Shown: positions 51,192 through 61,453 of the stretch, piece after piece
Layout of the letters: every line of letters begins with the position of its first letter
How positions within the stretch are numbered: the first letter of the stretch is position 1
Origin: Nitrospirota bacterium
Lineage (GTDB): Bacteria; Nitrospirota; Thermodesulfovibrionia; Thermodesulfovibrionales; SM23-35
Length of the DNA: 64,000 nt
Assembly (NCBI GenBank): GCA_040756135.1
Contig: JBFLZS010000002.1
Location: forward strand, 15,949 to 79,948
Reading direction: 5' to 3'
Translations under genes and position numbers: made by a program
The notes under the pieces: generated by a model
Told to the model about the DNA's origin: nothing
Databases searched by the model: none
The model's input: the letters and a program-made list of their open reading frames with translations, nothing else

Positions 51192-51401
51192 ATGCCGATT
51201 TTTGAATACAAATGTAAAAGCTGTGGTGAAGATTTCGAAAAGCTTGTCTTTGGAAATCAGGAGGTCAACTGCCCAAGATGTAGCTCTAAAGACATAAAAA
51301 AGAAGTTTTCTGTCTTTTGTGCGACAGGCACAGAAAAACCCCTTGCTGGAACATCAAGCTGCACATCCTGCACAAAGAGCACGTGCAGTTCATGCGGATA
51401 G
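51192..51401 (+). CDS. FmdB-family zinc-ribbon protein
   Basis: It begins MPIFEYKCKSCGEDFE...CPRCSS (the CxxC..CxxC signature). 69 aa. Confidence 0.7.
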   Translation: MPIFEYKCKSCGEDFEKLVFGNQEVNCPRCSSKDIKKKFSVFCATGTEKPLAGTSSCTSCTKSTCSSCG

Positions 51402-51420
51402 AAAACATTCAGAGGAATCA

Positions 51421-51496
51421 TGGTGGGCAGTCGCAGAATCGAACTGCGGACACGAGGCTTTTCAGGCCTCTGCTCTACCGACTGAGCTAACTGCCC
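51421..51496 (-). tRNA. tRNA-Phe (GAA)
   Basis: The reverse complement folds by eye as GGGCAGT TA GCTC AGTCGGTA GAGC A GAGGC CTGAAAA GCCTC GTGTC CGCAG TTCGATT CTGCG ACTGCCC A CCA. This gives a cloverleaf with anticodon GAA and an encoded CCA. Confidence 0.9.
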
Positions 51497-51736
51497 ACAA
51501 CTTTCAAGCTTTAAATTACACTTTTAACTTCCATACTGTCAAGGTATGCACTGGACTATAAAGATATCCGCACCTTTTAGGGCGCAAGAGGGTAGAATTG
51601 CAGCAAGTTGTTTTTCCAGAATTGATTATATGCAAATTGTTATGATATTCTTTTCAAAATCACTTCTTTTAATCCAGGCAGTAGGTCTTATAATGTACAA
51701 CCGACTGATGCCGGCCATTAAATAAGAGAGGTGCCG

Positions 51737-53083
51737 ATGTCGTATCGAGCTTGGTTTCAATGCATCAACCAGGAGTGCCGGGCGAGCTATCCGCTCAACT
51801 CAATCCTCTATCGCTGCACTACGTGCGGCTCGCTTCTGGAAGTGCAGCACGACCTCCACGCCCTCTCCCTTCGCGGTCACAAGGAGTGGATTAAGCTATT
51901 CGATGATCGCTACAAGTCTACTGAATGGCCATACGGCTCCGGCGTGTGGGGTAAGAAGGAATGGGTTCTGCCTCAGATTGATAACGAAAATATCGTCTCG
52001 CTTTACGAGGGCGGCACTAACCTGTTCTGGGCCGAGCGGTTCGGCAAAATGCTCGGTCTGCAGGATCTCTGGATCAAACTCTGCGGTAATTCCCACAGCG
52101 GTTCCTTTAAGGATCTCGGCATGACAGTCCTTGTGTCTCAGGTTAAGCAGATAATCAGCGAAGGCGCGCCGATCAAGGCAGTCGTCTGTGCGTCTACCGG
52201 CGATACCTCGGCCGCACTGGCGGTTTACTGTGCTGCTGCCGGCATCCAGTCCATTGTGTTGCTGCCGAAGGGCAAAATCTCGATCGCACAGCTCGTCCAG
52301 CCGATTGCTAACGGTGCTCTGGTATTGTCGCTGGATACCGACTTCGACGGTTGTATGCGTGTCGTCCAGGAAATCACAAAGGACGAGATGTTCTACCTGG
52401 CCAATTCGATGAACTCTTTGCGTATTGAGGGTCAGAAAACCGTCGGTATTGAGATCGTCCAGCAATTCGATTGGGAAACGCCTGACGTAATCATCATTCC
52501 CGGCGGTAACCTCGGGAATGTCTCCGCGCTTGGTAGCGGCTTGCTAATGATGCGCGACCTCGGCCTGATTGCCACGCTACCGCGCATTGTTCTTGCCCAG
52601 GCCGAACGCGCCAACCCGCTTTACCGATCATATCTGAAAAACTTTGAGACCTTCGAGCCGATCGAGGCCAGGAAGACATTGGCCAGTGCCATCCAGATTG
52701 GCGATCCGATTAGTGTCGAGAAGGCCATCCGCACGCTGAAGCAGTTCAACGGGATCGTTGAGCAAGCCACGGAGCAGGAACTGGCTGATGCCGCCGCTCT
52801 CGGTGACACCACCGGCATGTTAAACTGTCCGCACACCGGCGTCGCGCTCGCAGCTCTGCTCAAGCTGCTCAAAGCCGGCAAGATTAATAAATCCGAGCGC
52901 GTCGTGATCATTTCCACGGCTCATGGGCTGAAGTTTACCGACTTCAAGGTGCGCTACCATGAGGGAACGCTGGACTTTCCCTGCCGCTTCGCCAATAAAC
53001 CGATCGAGCTGCCACCCCGGGTGGACGCGGTCAAGGAGACCCTCAAGCAAGCTTTGCAGAAGAGGAGGAACACTGATGTCTAA
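51737..53083 (+). CDS. thrC: Threonine synthase (with N-terminal zinc-ribbon)
   Basis: The PLP-Lys motif is SFKDLG. It also has ..[10 protein letters not shown].. and an N-terminal C..C...C..C ribbon. Its G+C content is markedly higher than the flanks. Confidence 0.85.
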   Translation: MSYRAWFQCINQECRASYPLNSILYRCTTCGSLLEVQHDLHALSLRGHKEWIKLFDDRYKSTEWPYGSGVWGKKEWVLPQIDNENIVSLYEGGTNLFWAERFGKMLGLQDLWIKLCGNSHSGSFKDLGMTVLVSQVKQIISEGAPIKAVVCASTGDTSAALAVYCAAAGIQSIVLLPKGKISIAQLVQPIANGALVLSLDTDFDGCMRVVQEITKDEMFYLANSMNSLRIEGQKTVGIEIVQQFDWETPDVIIIPGGNLGNVSALGSGLLMMRDLGLIATLPRIVLAQAERANPLYRSYLKNFETFEPIEARKTLASAIQIGDPISVEKAIRTLKQFNGIVEQATEQELADAAALGDTTGMLNCPHTGVALAALLKLLKAGKINKSERVVIISTAHGLKFTDFKVRYHEGTLDFPCRFANKPIELPPRVDAVKETLKQALQKRRNTDV

Positions 53084-54284
53084 GAGGTCATCAAAAACCA
53101 AGAACTGGAAGTCATCCACCCTTGCTATCCATGGCCCGGGCCGAACTCCCAAAGCCCACTATGCTGTCTCCACGCCGATCGTTCAGACCTCCAACTACTA
53201 TTTCGACTCCACTGCTGAGGTGCTGGAGTTTATGAAAGCTAAGAGTGAGGGCCGCGTTGTGCGTGAGCACGAATACGGCCGCTACGGCAACCCGACCCAG
53301 CAGGAGTGTGAACGTAAGCTTGCTGCCATCGAGGGCGCCGAGCGGGCGTTGCTTTTCTCCACCGGCATGAGCGCAGTGATCATTACGTTGTTGGCCTATA
53401 TACGCCGCAATGGCCACATCATCTTCACCAATGACTGTTATCGTCAGACTCGCGATTTTGCCACAAACCTGCTGGCAGAGTTCGGGCTGGAAGTCTCGCT
53501 GGTGGATCCGACTGCCGAGGCCATTGCCAAAGAGATCCGGCCCAACACCAACATCATCTTTACCGAATCGCCGACCAATCCCTACCTGCGCGTGCTGGAC
53601 ATTCCGGCGGTGGTAAAAGTTGCCAAACAGCACAGAGTGATGACCATCATTGATGCCACGCTGGCCACACCGTACAACATCAAACCACTGGACATGGGCG
53701 TGGATATCGTCATCCACTCCGCTACAAAGTACCTCGGCGGTCACAACGACCTGCTGGCCGGTGCTGCCCTCGGCAAACACGATCTGCTGAATGACCTCAA
53801 CCGCATGCAGAGGATGATTGGTGCTACACCTGGCCCGCTGTCTTGTTTTCTGCTAGAACGCGGGCTGAAGACCTTTGCGCTCCGCATGGAGCACCACAAC
53901 CGCGCCGGGCTGGCTATCGCCCGTATACTGGAGTCGCATCCGAAAATCGAAAAAATCTGGTATCCGGGCTTAGAGTCGCACCCGGATCACCAAGTAGCGA
54001 TCCAGCAGATGCGCGGCTTTGGCAGCGTGATCACCTTTCTTCTTAAAGGCGGCGACAAGGAGACGTGCAAGTTCATTGATTCGCTGGAGCTATTCTTGAT
54101 AACGCCCAGTCTCGGTGGCAGCGAGAGCCTGGTGACGCAAATGGCAACGATGTCATTCTTTGATTACCCGGAGGATCACCGCCGCTCGATCGGCATGGTG
54201 GACAACCTGGTCCGCATCGCGCTCGGCCTGGAGGACGTGGAGGATCTTATCGCCGACCTTAAGCAGGCATTAGACAAGATATGA
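53076..54284 (+). CDS. Cys/Met-metabolism PLP enzyme (cystathionine gamma-synthase / beta-lyase family)
   Basis: It has MSKRS..TLAIHG.., YGRYGNPT and PLP-Lys [11 protein letters not shown]. An RBS (AGAGGAGGA) precedes the ATG at 53076. It overlaps thrC by 8 nt. High G+C. Confidence 0.85.
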   Translation: MSKRSSKTKNWKSSTLAIHGPGRTPKAHYAVSTPIVQTSNYYFDSTAEVLEFMKAKSEGRVVREHEYGRYGNPTQQECERKLAAIEGAERALLFSTGMSAVIITLLAYIRRNGHIIFTNDCYRQTRDFATNLLAEFGLEVSLVDPTAEAIAKEIRPNTNIIFTESPTNPYLRVLDIPAVVKVAKQHRVMTIIDATLATPYNIKPLDMGVDIVIHSATKYLGGHNDLLAGAALGKHDLLNDLNRMQRMIGATPGPLSCFLLERGLKTFALRMEHHNRAGLAIARILESHPKIEKIWYPGLESHPDHQVAIQQMRGFGSVITFLLKGGDKETCKFIDSLELFLITPSLGGSESLVTQMATMSFFDYPEDHRRSIGMVDNLVRIALGLEDVEDLIADLKQALDKI

Positions 54285-54303
54285 ACCTCACAGGCGGAAC
54301 CAT

Positions 54304-54657
54304 TTAAACCTCAAATGCGTCCTTGATATGCTCGATCTCCTTCTCTCCATTATCCATGCAAAAGATGCTGAGGACATCAAATCTTATAGGAAATTCCTTC
54401 CCCTGATTTTTTAAGTAGAATAAGGCCAAATTTTTTAGTTTCTGTTTCTTCCTCTTGTTTACTGCTTCAAATGGATAGCCAAAAGAATCATCTGTTCTTG
54501 TCTTTACTTCAATGAATACTAAAGTATCACCGTCTTTTGCAATAATATCAATCTCACCAATAGGGGTCTTATAGTTTCGCGTAATTATCTTATAGCCTTT
54601 TTTATTTTTTAGGAACCTGACCGCAAGTTCTTCGCCCTCAGTACCAAGGGCTTTCAT
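54304..54657 (-). CDS. yraN: YraN-family (UPF0102) endonuclease-like protein
   Basis: It has GEELAVRFLKNKGYKI..RNYKTPIGEIDIIAKDGDTLVFIEVKTR. Confidence 0.85.
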   Translation of the reverse strand: MKALGTEGEELAVRFLKNKKGYKIITRNYKTPIGEIDIIAKDGDTLVFIEVKTRTDDSFGYPFEAVNKRKKQKLKNLALFYLKNQGKEFPIRFDVLSIFCMDNGEKEIEHIKDAFEV

Positions 54658-55072
54658 CTCCTTCGAGCCTCCTGATGAGTTTTGGTATCCCCTCTATATC
54701 ACTTATATCCTTCTGACAGAGCATCCTTAAAAGCACCCTGAACGAAGAGAATTCTTCCCATTGTCCTCTGAGATGCTTAGATATGGCCTTATTAAGACTC
54801 TCGCCCTTCTCATCCCAATCGAGCATAATGATAACCCTGTGAAATCTCTCTGTAATATCCGTGCAAAAGTCATATAGGCTTTTCCCATTATGAAGTGTAA
54901 TTATCTCGCCAACAAGTCCGAGCCTTCTTAAGGCGGCTGCATCCTTTCTGCCTTCTACAATAACAGGGATTTTTGTATTTATCTCGCACAAGGCTTCGAT
55001 AACCCCCTTCAAGCGTTCAGCCCTCTCGGTATCTTTTATCGAAGGGATTCCCCTCTGTCTACTAATTGACAT
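54638..55072 (-). CDS. Toprim-domain protein (small primase-like / RNase M5-like)
   Basis: It has IPVIVEGRKDAAALRRLG (Toprim Glu) and ..IIMLDWDEKG.. (the DxD-like acidic motif). It overlaps yraN by 20 nt. Confidence 0.5.
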   Translation of the reverse strand: MSISRQRGIPSIKDTERAERLKGVIEALCEINTKIPVIVEGRKDAAALRRLGLVGEIITLHNGKSLYDFCTDITERFHRVIIMLDWDEKGESLNKAISKHLRGQWEEFSSFRVLLRMLCQKDISDIEGIPKLIRRLEGDESPWY

Positions 55073-55302
55073 ACTAAACCTCTTTTAAATCTCTTAGATT
55101 ATCCTAACATATTTGCTGTATTTATAGTAAACGACAAAAAGAAGTTCACATGATGGAGTAAGTTTATTAATGTCAAAATAGATGCCTCCATTTTGTGATT
55201 TGTGTTACTACAATTCCTGTCTTTATAATATAAAATATAATGGTCATATTCTGTTCTGTAATACCATGACTAATATGAATACATTTTATATATGGTATGA
55301 GT

Positions 55303-55452
55303 TATTAACGGTCTCAAAATAGAATTCATATTATTCGGAAAATCTCCCCTCGCCCCTCTTTGCCAAAGAGGGGTATGATTCCTCCCTTTGGCAAAGGGAG
55401 GTTAGGAGGGATTTTATAAATCAATGTGCTTACTATTATGAGACTGTTAATA
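55303..55452. mobile_element. MITE-like composite repeat, copy 2
   Basis: The TIRs are tattaacggtctca (55303-55316) and tgagactgttaata (55439-55452), matching at 13 of 14 positions. Two inner G/C hairpins are present. It is near-identical to 1774-1954 apart from one missing hairpin unit. Confidence 0.55.
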
Positions 55453-55512
55453 ATAAGAGTATTAATGAATTGACATTCATTAAATTTTCATACTATGTTA
55501 GAATATGTTTAA

Positions 55513-57327
55513 ATGGCACCAAAATTAGGTCAACTCCTTATATCCTCTAACATTATCTCAGAGGATCAATTAAAGGAAGCCCTTAATCTCCAGAGGAGAG
55601 AGGGTGGAAGGCTGGGGACAAACCTTGTGAAATTAGGTTATATAACCGAGGAAAAACTTGTCACATTCCTCAGCAGACAATATGGTGTTCCTGCAGTAAA
55701 TTTATCTGACTACAAGATTGACCCATCAGTTTTAAAGCTCATACCTGTTGACATAGCAAAGAAGTATCTTATAATGCCAGTTGCAAGGGTTGGGGCTGTC
55801 TTGACAATTGCGATGGTTGATCCATCTAATGTATTTACAATAGACGATGTGAAGTTTATGACAGGATACAATGTTGAGGTTGTTGTAGCGAGCGAATCCT
55901 CGATCTTAAATGCAATATCCACATATTATGCGGGTCATGGTGACACCCTTATTGCGGCAAAGAAGGCTACCACAACACAGGTGCTTGAGGCAAAGGATTA
56001 TACACTTTCAGAGGAGGACTTCGTGGATGAAGGTATAACAACTTCAATTGACGAAGGCTTTATGGTCGATGTCGATGAATTTGATAAGGTAGTGGATAGG
56101 GCCCTCGACGATGTTGAAGTGATAGAGGAAAGAGAGGATGCAGAAACTGCAAAGGATGTAGCACAACCAATAGTAAAGCTTGTTAATGGCATACTTGTAA
56201 ATGCGATAAAGGCAAGGGCAAGCGATGTCCATATAGAACCATATGAGAACTCTCTGAGGGTAAGGCAGAGGGTTGACGGCGTGATGTATACAATCATGAA
56301 CCTGCCCGTAAAGATAAAGGCTGCTGTAACATCGAGGATAAAGATAATGGCAACCCTTGATATTGCAGAGAGGAGGCTTCCTCAGGATGGAAGGATTAAA
56401 CTGAGACTCGGCAAAAAAAGAGAGATAGATTTCCGTGTCTCGACTGTGCCATGCCTTTTTGGTGAGAGGACTGTTTTAAGGCTTCTTGATAAGTCAAACC
56501 TTCAGGTGGATCTCACAAGGCTTGGATTTGAGGAAGAAACATTGCAGCATTTTATGGATGCACTTGACAAGCCATATGGCATGATACTCGTTACAGGACC
56601 TACTGGATGTGGCAAAACAACCACCCTCTATTCTGCATTAAATTACCTCAATAAGATAGGTGTTAATATATCAACTGCTGAGGATCCTGTTGAATATAAT
56701 TTCTTAGGTATAAATCAGGTCCAGGTTAAGGAAGATATAGGCCTTACCTTTGCCTCAGCCTTAAGATCCTTTTTGAGGCAGGATCCTGATATCATAATGG
56801 TTGGAGAGATTCGCGATTTCGAGACAGCCGAGATCGCGGTTAAGGCAGCCCTTACAGGCCATCTTGTCCTCAGTACCCTTCACACAAATGATGCACCTGG
56901 AACTATAAGTAGATTATTGAATATGGGTGTCGAGCCCTTTCTTGTCGCAGCATCAGTCATCCTTATTGCTTCCCAGAGGCTTGTCAGAAAGGTATGCACT
57001 GATTGCAAGGAGGATGAAAAGATTCCTGTTCCTGCCCTTATAAGGCTGGGATTCTCAGAAGAAGAGGCAAATTCCATAAAATGTTACAAGGGTAAAGGTT
57101 GTCCTGTATGCAATGGTTCCGGGTATAAAGGAAGGATAGCCCTTTATGAGGTTATGCCGCTCAAAGACGAACTCAAGGAACTCATCCTTGAAGGTGCATC
57201 AGCAGATGAGTTAAAAAAGACTGCTATTAGGCTCGGTATGAAAACGCTAAGAGCGAGTGGCCTTGCCAAAATAAAGAGTGGTATAACCTCTGTAGAAGAG
57301 GTAGTCAGGGTCACATTTGGTGATTGA
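55513..57327 (+). CDS. pilB: Type IV pilus assembly ATPase PilB (GspE family), copy 1
   Basis: It has an N-terminal MshEN/T2SSE_N domain, Walker A GPTGCGKTT and a tetracysteine motif (CTDC..CPVC). 604 aa. Confidence 0.9.
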   Translation: MAPKLGQLLISSNIISEDQLKEALNLQRREGGRLGTNLVKLGYITEEKLVTFLSRQYGVPAVNLSDYKIDPSVLKLIPVDIAKKYLIMPVARVGAVLTIAMVDPSNVFTIDDVKFMTGYNVEVVVASESSILNAISTYYAGHGDTLIAAKKATTTQVLEAKDYTLSEEDFVDEGITTSIDEGFMVDVDEFDKVVDRALDDVEVIEEREDAETAKDVAQPIVKLVNGILVNAIKARASDVHIEPYENSLRVRQRVDGVMYTIMNLPVKIKAAVTSRIKIMATLDIAERRLPQDGRIKLRLGKKREIDFRVSTVPCLFGERTVLRLLDKSNLQVDLTRLGFEEETLQHFMDALDKPYGMILVTGPTGCGKTTTLYSALNYLNKIGVNISTAEDPVEYNFLGINQVQVKEDIGLTFASALRSFLRQDPDIIMVGEIRDFETAEIAVKAALTGHLVLSTLHTNDAPGTISRLLNMGVEPFLVAASVILIASQRLVRKVCTDCKEDEKIPVPALIRLGFSEEEANSIKCYKGKGCPVCNGSGYKGRIALYEVMPLKDELKELILEGASADELKKTAIRLGMKTLRASGLAKIKSGITSVEEVVRVTFGD

Positions 57328-57330
57328 ACT

Positions 57331-59139
57331 ATGGCAGCGAAATTAGGTCAACTCCTTATAGCCTCTAATATTATCTCGGAGGATCAGTTAAAGGATGCCC
57401 TTAATCTCCAGAAGAGAGAGGGTGGAAGGCTGGGGACGAACCTTATGAAATTAGGTTATATAACTGAGGAAAAACTTGTCACATTCCTCAGCAGACAGTA
57501 TGGTGTTCCAGCAGTAAATTTATCTGATTACAAGATTGACCCATCAGTTTTAAAGCTCATACCTGTTGACATAGTGAGAAAGTATTTTGTAATGCCTGTT
57601 GCGAGGGTTGGGGCTACCTTAACGGTTGCGATGGTTGATCCATCTAATGTGTTTGCAATAGACGATGTAAAGTTTATGACAGGGTATAATGTTGAGGTTG
57701 TTGTAGCCAGCGAATCCTCGATCTTAAATGCCATATCCACACATTATGCGGGGCACGGTGACACCCTTATTGCGGCAAAGAAGGCTACCACAACACAGAT
57801 GCTTCAGGCAAAGGATTATACACTTTCAGAGGAGGATCTAAGGGAGGAAGAAATAGTTTCGTTTGATGAGGGCCTAATGGTCGATGTCAATGAATTTGAT
57901 AAGGTTGTCGGAGATGCGCTGGATAGTATAGAGGCATTTACTGAAAAAGATGAAGCAGCAGTTACAGAGGTTGAAGAGCCAATAGTAAAGCTTGTTAATG
58001 GCGTACTTATAAATGCAATAAAGGGAGGTGCAAGTGATATCCATATAGAGCCGTACGAGAGCTCTCTGAGGGTTAGGTACAGGGTTGACGGCGTTTTGTT
58101 TAATGCGATGAATCTGCCATTAAAAATAAAGAATCCTATAACCTCAAGGCTCAAGATAATGTCAAAGCTTGATATTGCAGAAAGGAGGCTTCCTCAGGAT
58201 GGAAGGATTAAACTGAGACTTGGTAAAAAAAGAGAGATAGATTTCCGTGTTTCGGTTCTGCCATGTCTTTATGGCGAGAAGACGGTTCTAAGAATTCTCG
58301 ATAAGTCAAACCTTCAGGTAGACCTTACAAAACTTGGATTTGAGGAAGATGCATTAAAAATATTCATGGATGCACTTGACAAGCCATATGGCATGATACT
58401 TGTTACAGGACCTACTGGAAGTGGTAAGACAACTACCCTCTATTCTGCATTGAATTTCCTTAATAAGCCCGGTATTAACATAATGACTGCTGAGGACCCT
58501 GTTGAGTATAACTTTTCAGGGATGAATCAGGTACAGATAAAGGAAGATATAGGACTTACATTTGCTTCGGCCCTCAGATCTTTTTTACGGCAAAGTCCGG
58601 ATATCATCTTAGTGGGCGAGATTCGTGACTTCGAGACAGCCGAGATTGCGGTTAAGGCAGCCCTGACAGGCCATCTTGTCCTCAGCACCCTTCACACAAA
58701 TGATGCCCCGAGCAGCGTAAGCAGGTTATTGAATATGGGGATAGAACCCTTTCTTGTATCGGCATCTGTTATCCTTATCGCAGCCCAGAGGCTTGCCAGA
58801 AAGGTATGCACAGATTGCAAGGAGGAGGAAAAGATTCCTGTTCCTGCCCTTATAAGGCTGGGATTCTCAGAAGAAGAGGCAAATTCCATAAAATGTTACA
58901 AGGGTAAAGGTTGTCCTGTATGCAATGGTTCAGGGTATAAAGGAAGGATAGCCCTTTATGAAGTTATGCCTATTAGCACAGAGATAAAGGAGATGATTCT
59001 TGAAGGGGCATCGGCAGAAGAGTTAAAAAAGACTGCTGTGAGACTCGGCATGAAGACGTTAAGGATGAGCGGTCTTAATAAAGTGAAAGAAGGTATCACT
59101 TCGATAGAAGAAGTGATGAGAGTTACGTTTGGAGATTAA
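57331..59139 (+). CDS. pilB: Type IV pilus assembly ATPase PilB, copy 2 (tandem paralogue)
   Basis: 602 aa, collinear with copy 1. Walker A is GPTGSGKTT. It starts 3 nt after the copy 1 stop. Confidence 0.9.
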   Translation: MAAKLGQLLIASNIISEDQLKDALNLQKREGGRLGTNLMKLGYITEEKLVTFLSRQYGVPAVNLSDYKIDPSVLKLIPVDIVRKYFVMPVARVGATLTVAMVDPSNVFAIDDVKFMTGYNVEVVVASESSILNAISTHYAGHGDTLIAAKKATTTQMLQAKDYTLSEEDLREEEIVSFDEGLMVDVNEFDKVVGDALDSIEAFTEKDEAAVTEVEEPIVKLVNGVLINAIKGGASDIHIEPYESSLRVRYRVDGVLFNAMNLPLKIKNPITSRLKIMSKLDIAERRLPQDGRIKLRLGKKREIDFRVSVLPCLYGEKTVLRILDKSNLQVDLTKLGFEEDALKIFMDALDKPYGMILVTGPTGSGKTTTLYSALNFLNKPGINIMTAEDPVEYNFSGMNQVQIKEDIGLTFASALRSFLRQSPDIILVGEIRDFETAEIAVKAALTGHLVLSTLHTNDAPSSVSRLLNMGIEPFLVSASVILIAAQRLARKVCTDCKEEEKIPVPALIRLGFSEEEANSIKCYKGKGCPVCNGSGYKGRIALYEVMPISTEIKEMILEGASAEELKKTAVRLGMKTLRMSGLNKVKEGITSIEEVMRVTFGD

Positions 59140-59141
59140 AA

Positions 59142-60236
59142 ATGACTACGCTTTATGACTTATTGAAGTTGATGATAGAAAAGAATGCCTCGGATCTCCA
59201 TATAACAACAGGGAGTCCGCCAAGATTAAGGATAGATGGGAGACTTGTGCACGTTGATCACCCGCCCCTGACGCCGGCAGATACGAAGGCGCTGTGTTAC
59301 AGTATCCTTACCGATGCACAAAAACATAAATATGAGGAAAATAATGAGCTTGACCTTTCTTTTGGTATCAAGGGGTTGAGCAGGTTCAGGGCAAATATCT
59401 TCATGCAGAGAGGTGCTGTGGCTGGGGCATTCAGAACCATCCCATTCGAGATCAGGGGTTTTCATGAACTCGGATTACCGGAGATTGTTAATGATCTTGT
59501 AAAAAAACCGCGTGGGTTAATTCTTGTTACAGGGCCAACAGGATGTGGTAAATCTACAACACTTGCTGCCATGATTGACAGGATAAATTCGGAGAGATAT
59601 GACCATATAATAACTGTAGAGGACCCGATCGAATATCTTCACTCACACAAGAAATGTCTGGTGAACCAGAGAGAGGTGAATGCTGATACGGTATCATTTA
59701 AAGCGGCGCTGAAATATGTCTTAAGACAGGATCCTGATGTAGTTTTGATAGGTGAGATGCGTGACCTTGAGACGATTGAGGCAGCCCTGACGGTATCAGA
59801 AACAGGGCATTTGACACTTGCAACACTACACACAAATTCCGCGGTCCAGACAATAAACCGTATTATTGATGTATTCCCACCTCATCAACAAGAGCAGATA
59901 CGCGTCCAGTTATCTTTCGTCCTTGAGGGAATACTCGCTCAACAGCTTATTCCCAAGAAGTCAGGGAAAGGAAGAATACTTGCAGTTGAGTTGCTGGTTC
60001 CGAATCCAGCTATAAGAAACCTTATAAGGGAGGATAAGATACATCAGATTTATTCAATGATGCAGACAGGTCAGGCAAAGTTTGGTATGCAAACGATGAA
60101 TCAGTCATTGTTCGACCTTTATTTAAAGGGACATTTGTCATATGAAGATGCTATCGGAAGGTCACCTGTACCTGACGAGCTAATTGCGATGCTTCAGAAG
60201 AGCATGGCAGCAACCTCTGGCCGAGGGAGGGGATAA
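59142..60236 (+). CDS. pilT: Twitching-motility retraction ATPase PilT
   Basis: 364-aa ORF with ASDLHIT.., Walker A GPTGCGKST and AIRNLIRE. Confidence 0.9.
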   Translation: MTTLYDLLKLMIEKNASDLHITTGSPPRLRIDGRLVHVDHPPLTPADTKALCYSILTDAQKHKYEENNELDLSFGIKGLSRFRANIFMQRGAVAGAFRTIPFEIRGFHELGLPEIVNDLVKKPRGLILVTGPTGCGKSTTLAAMIDRINSERYDHIITVEDPIEYLHSHKKCLVNQREVNADTVSFKAALKYVLRQDPDVVLIGEMRDLETIEAALTVSETGHLTLATLHTNSAVQTINRIIDVFPPHQQEQIRVQLSFVLEGILAQQLIPKKSGKGRILAVELLVPNPAIRNLIREDKIHQIYSMMQTGQAKFGMQTMNQSLFDLYLKGHLSYEDAIGRSPVPDELIAMLQKSMAATSGRGRG

Positions 60237-60239
60237 AAA

Positions 60240-61448
60240 ATGGCTATTGTATTTCAATGGTCAGGTAAAACACCAAGGGGTATCGTCGAATCAGGAGAGA
60301 TAACGGCAGCAACAAAAGAAGATGTAATCGCACAACTGAGAAGAAGAAATATCACCCCAACTGTTATAACCGAGAAACCAAAGAAGGTAAGTAGATTTGG
60401 TCTCGGAGGAAGGGTAAAGGATAAGGATATTGTAGTCTTCACGAGACAGTTTGCTACAATGATAGACGCCGGGCTCCCGCTTGTGCAGGCACTTGATATA
60501 CTGTCTACCCAGGTTGAAAACAAGGCATTCGGCAAAACAATTGCACAGATCAAGGTTGATGTTGAATCAGGCGCAACTTATGCTGATGCACTCAGAAAGC
60601 ACCCTAAGGTATTTAGTGAATTATATGTAAACATGGTTGCAGCAGGTGAGGCTGGAGGTATCCTCGATACAATCCTCAACAGGTTAGCGGCATACATTGA
60701 AAAGTCGATGAAACTGAAGAAAAAGGTTAAAGGTGCGATGATTTATCCGGCAGTCGTCACATCAATTGCTGTTCTGGTAATTGCTGTCATAATGATCTTT
60801 GTTGTCCCGACATTTTCAAAGATGTTTGCCAGTCTTGGAGGAACCTTGCCACTGCCAACAAGGATAGTTATTAATACCAGTAACTTCATCGCAGGCGTGG
60901 GTGGCCTGATGGTCTTTGGAGCAATAGTTGCCATTGTAGTTTTTATTACCCAGTTTCGAAGAACGGAGAAGGGCAAAAAGATAATAGATTCGATATTACT
61001 GAAGCTTCCTATATTTGGTATGCTTCTTAATAAAGTTGCTGTAGCAAAATTTACGAGGACATTGGGGACTCTTGTGAGCAGTGGTGTTCCTATACTGGAT
61101 GGTCTCGAGATAACAGCAAAGACATCAGGCAATAAGGTCGTTGAATATGCGATTATGGAAGTTAGAAAAGGGGTTGTGGGAGGCAAGACCCTTGCCGAAC
61201 CTATTATGAAGGCAAAGGTTTTTCCACCTATGGTCACACATATGATAGCAGTCGGTGAATCAACTGGTGCGCTTGATGCAATGCTTGGTAAGATTGCTGA
61301 TTTTTACGATGATGAGGTGGATGCAGCCGTATCAAACCTTACTGCGATGATGGAGCCGATGCTTATGGTATTTCTCGGAACTACCGTTGGTTTTATAGTC
61401 ATCTCGATGTATCTTCCGATATTCAGGCTTATTACACTTATTAAGTAG
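60240..61448 (+). CDS. pilC: Type IV pilus platform protein PilC (GspF family)
   Basis: 402-aa ORF with two T2SSF repeats and 3 TM segments. Confidence 0.9.
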   Translation: MAIVFQWSGKTPRGIVESGEITAATKEDVIAQLRRRNITPTVITEKPKKVSRFGLGGRVKDKDIVVFTRQFATMIDAGLPLVQALDILSTQVENKAFGKTIAQIKVDVESGATYADALRKHPKVFSELYVNMVAAGEAGGILDTILNRLAAYIEKSMKLKKKVKGAMIYPAVVTSIAVLVIAVIMIFVVPTFSKMFASLGGTLPLPTRIVINTSNFIAGVGGLMVFGAIVAIVVFITQFRRTEKGKKIIDSILLKLPIFGMLLNKVAVAKFTRTLGTLVSSGVPILDGLEITAKTSGNKVVEYAIMEVRKGVVGGKTLAEPIMKAKVFPPMVTHMIAVGESTGALDAMLGKIADFYDDEVDAAVSNLTAMMEPMLMVFLGTTVGFIVISMYLPIFRLITLIK

Positions 61449-61453
61449 TAGAG

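Noticed and set aside
51500-51736. Possible riboswitch or T-box leader upstream of thrC
   Set aside because: I could not recognise any conserved riboswitch core (SAM, T-box specifier/antiterminator, Thr leader peptide) by eye. It needs an Rfam/Infernal scan before any claim.
51896-53780. Many long antisense and off-frame ORFs (for example 51896-52465 minus, 189 aa; 53112-53780 minus, 222 aa)
   Set aside because: They overlap the well-supported thrC and PLP-enzyme genes. Their existence is explained by the high G+C content, which leaves few stop codons, and their sequences are low-complexity (Arg/Ala/Gly-rich).
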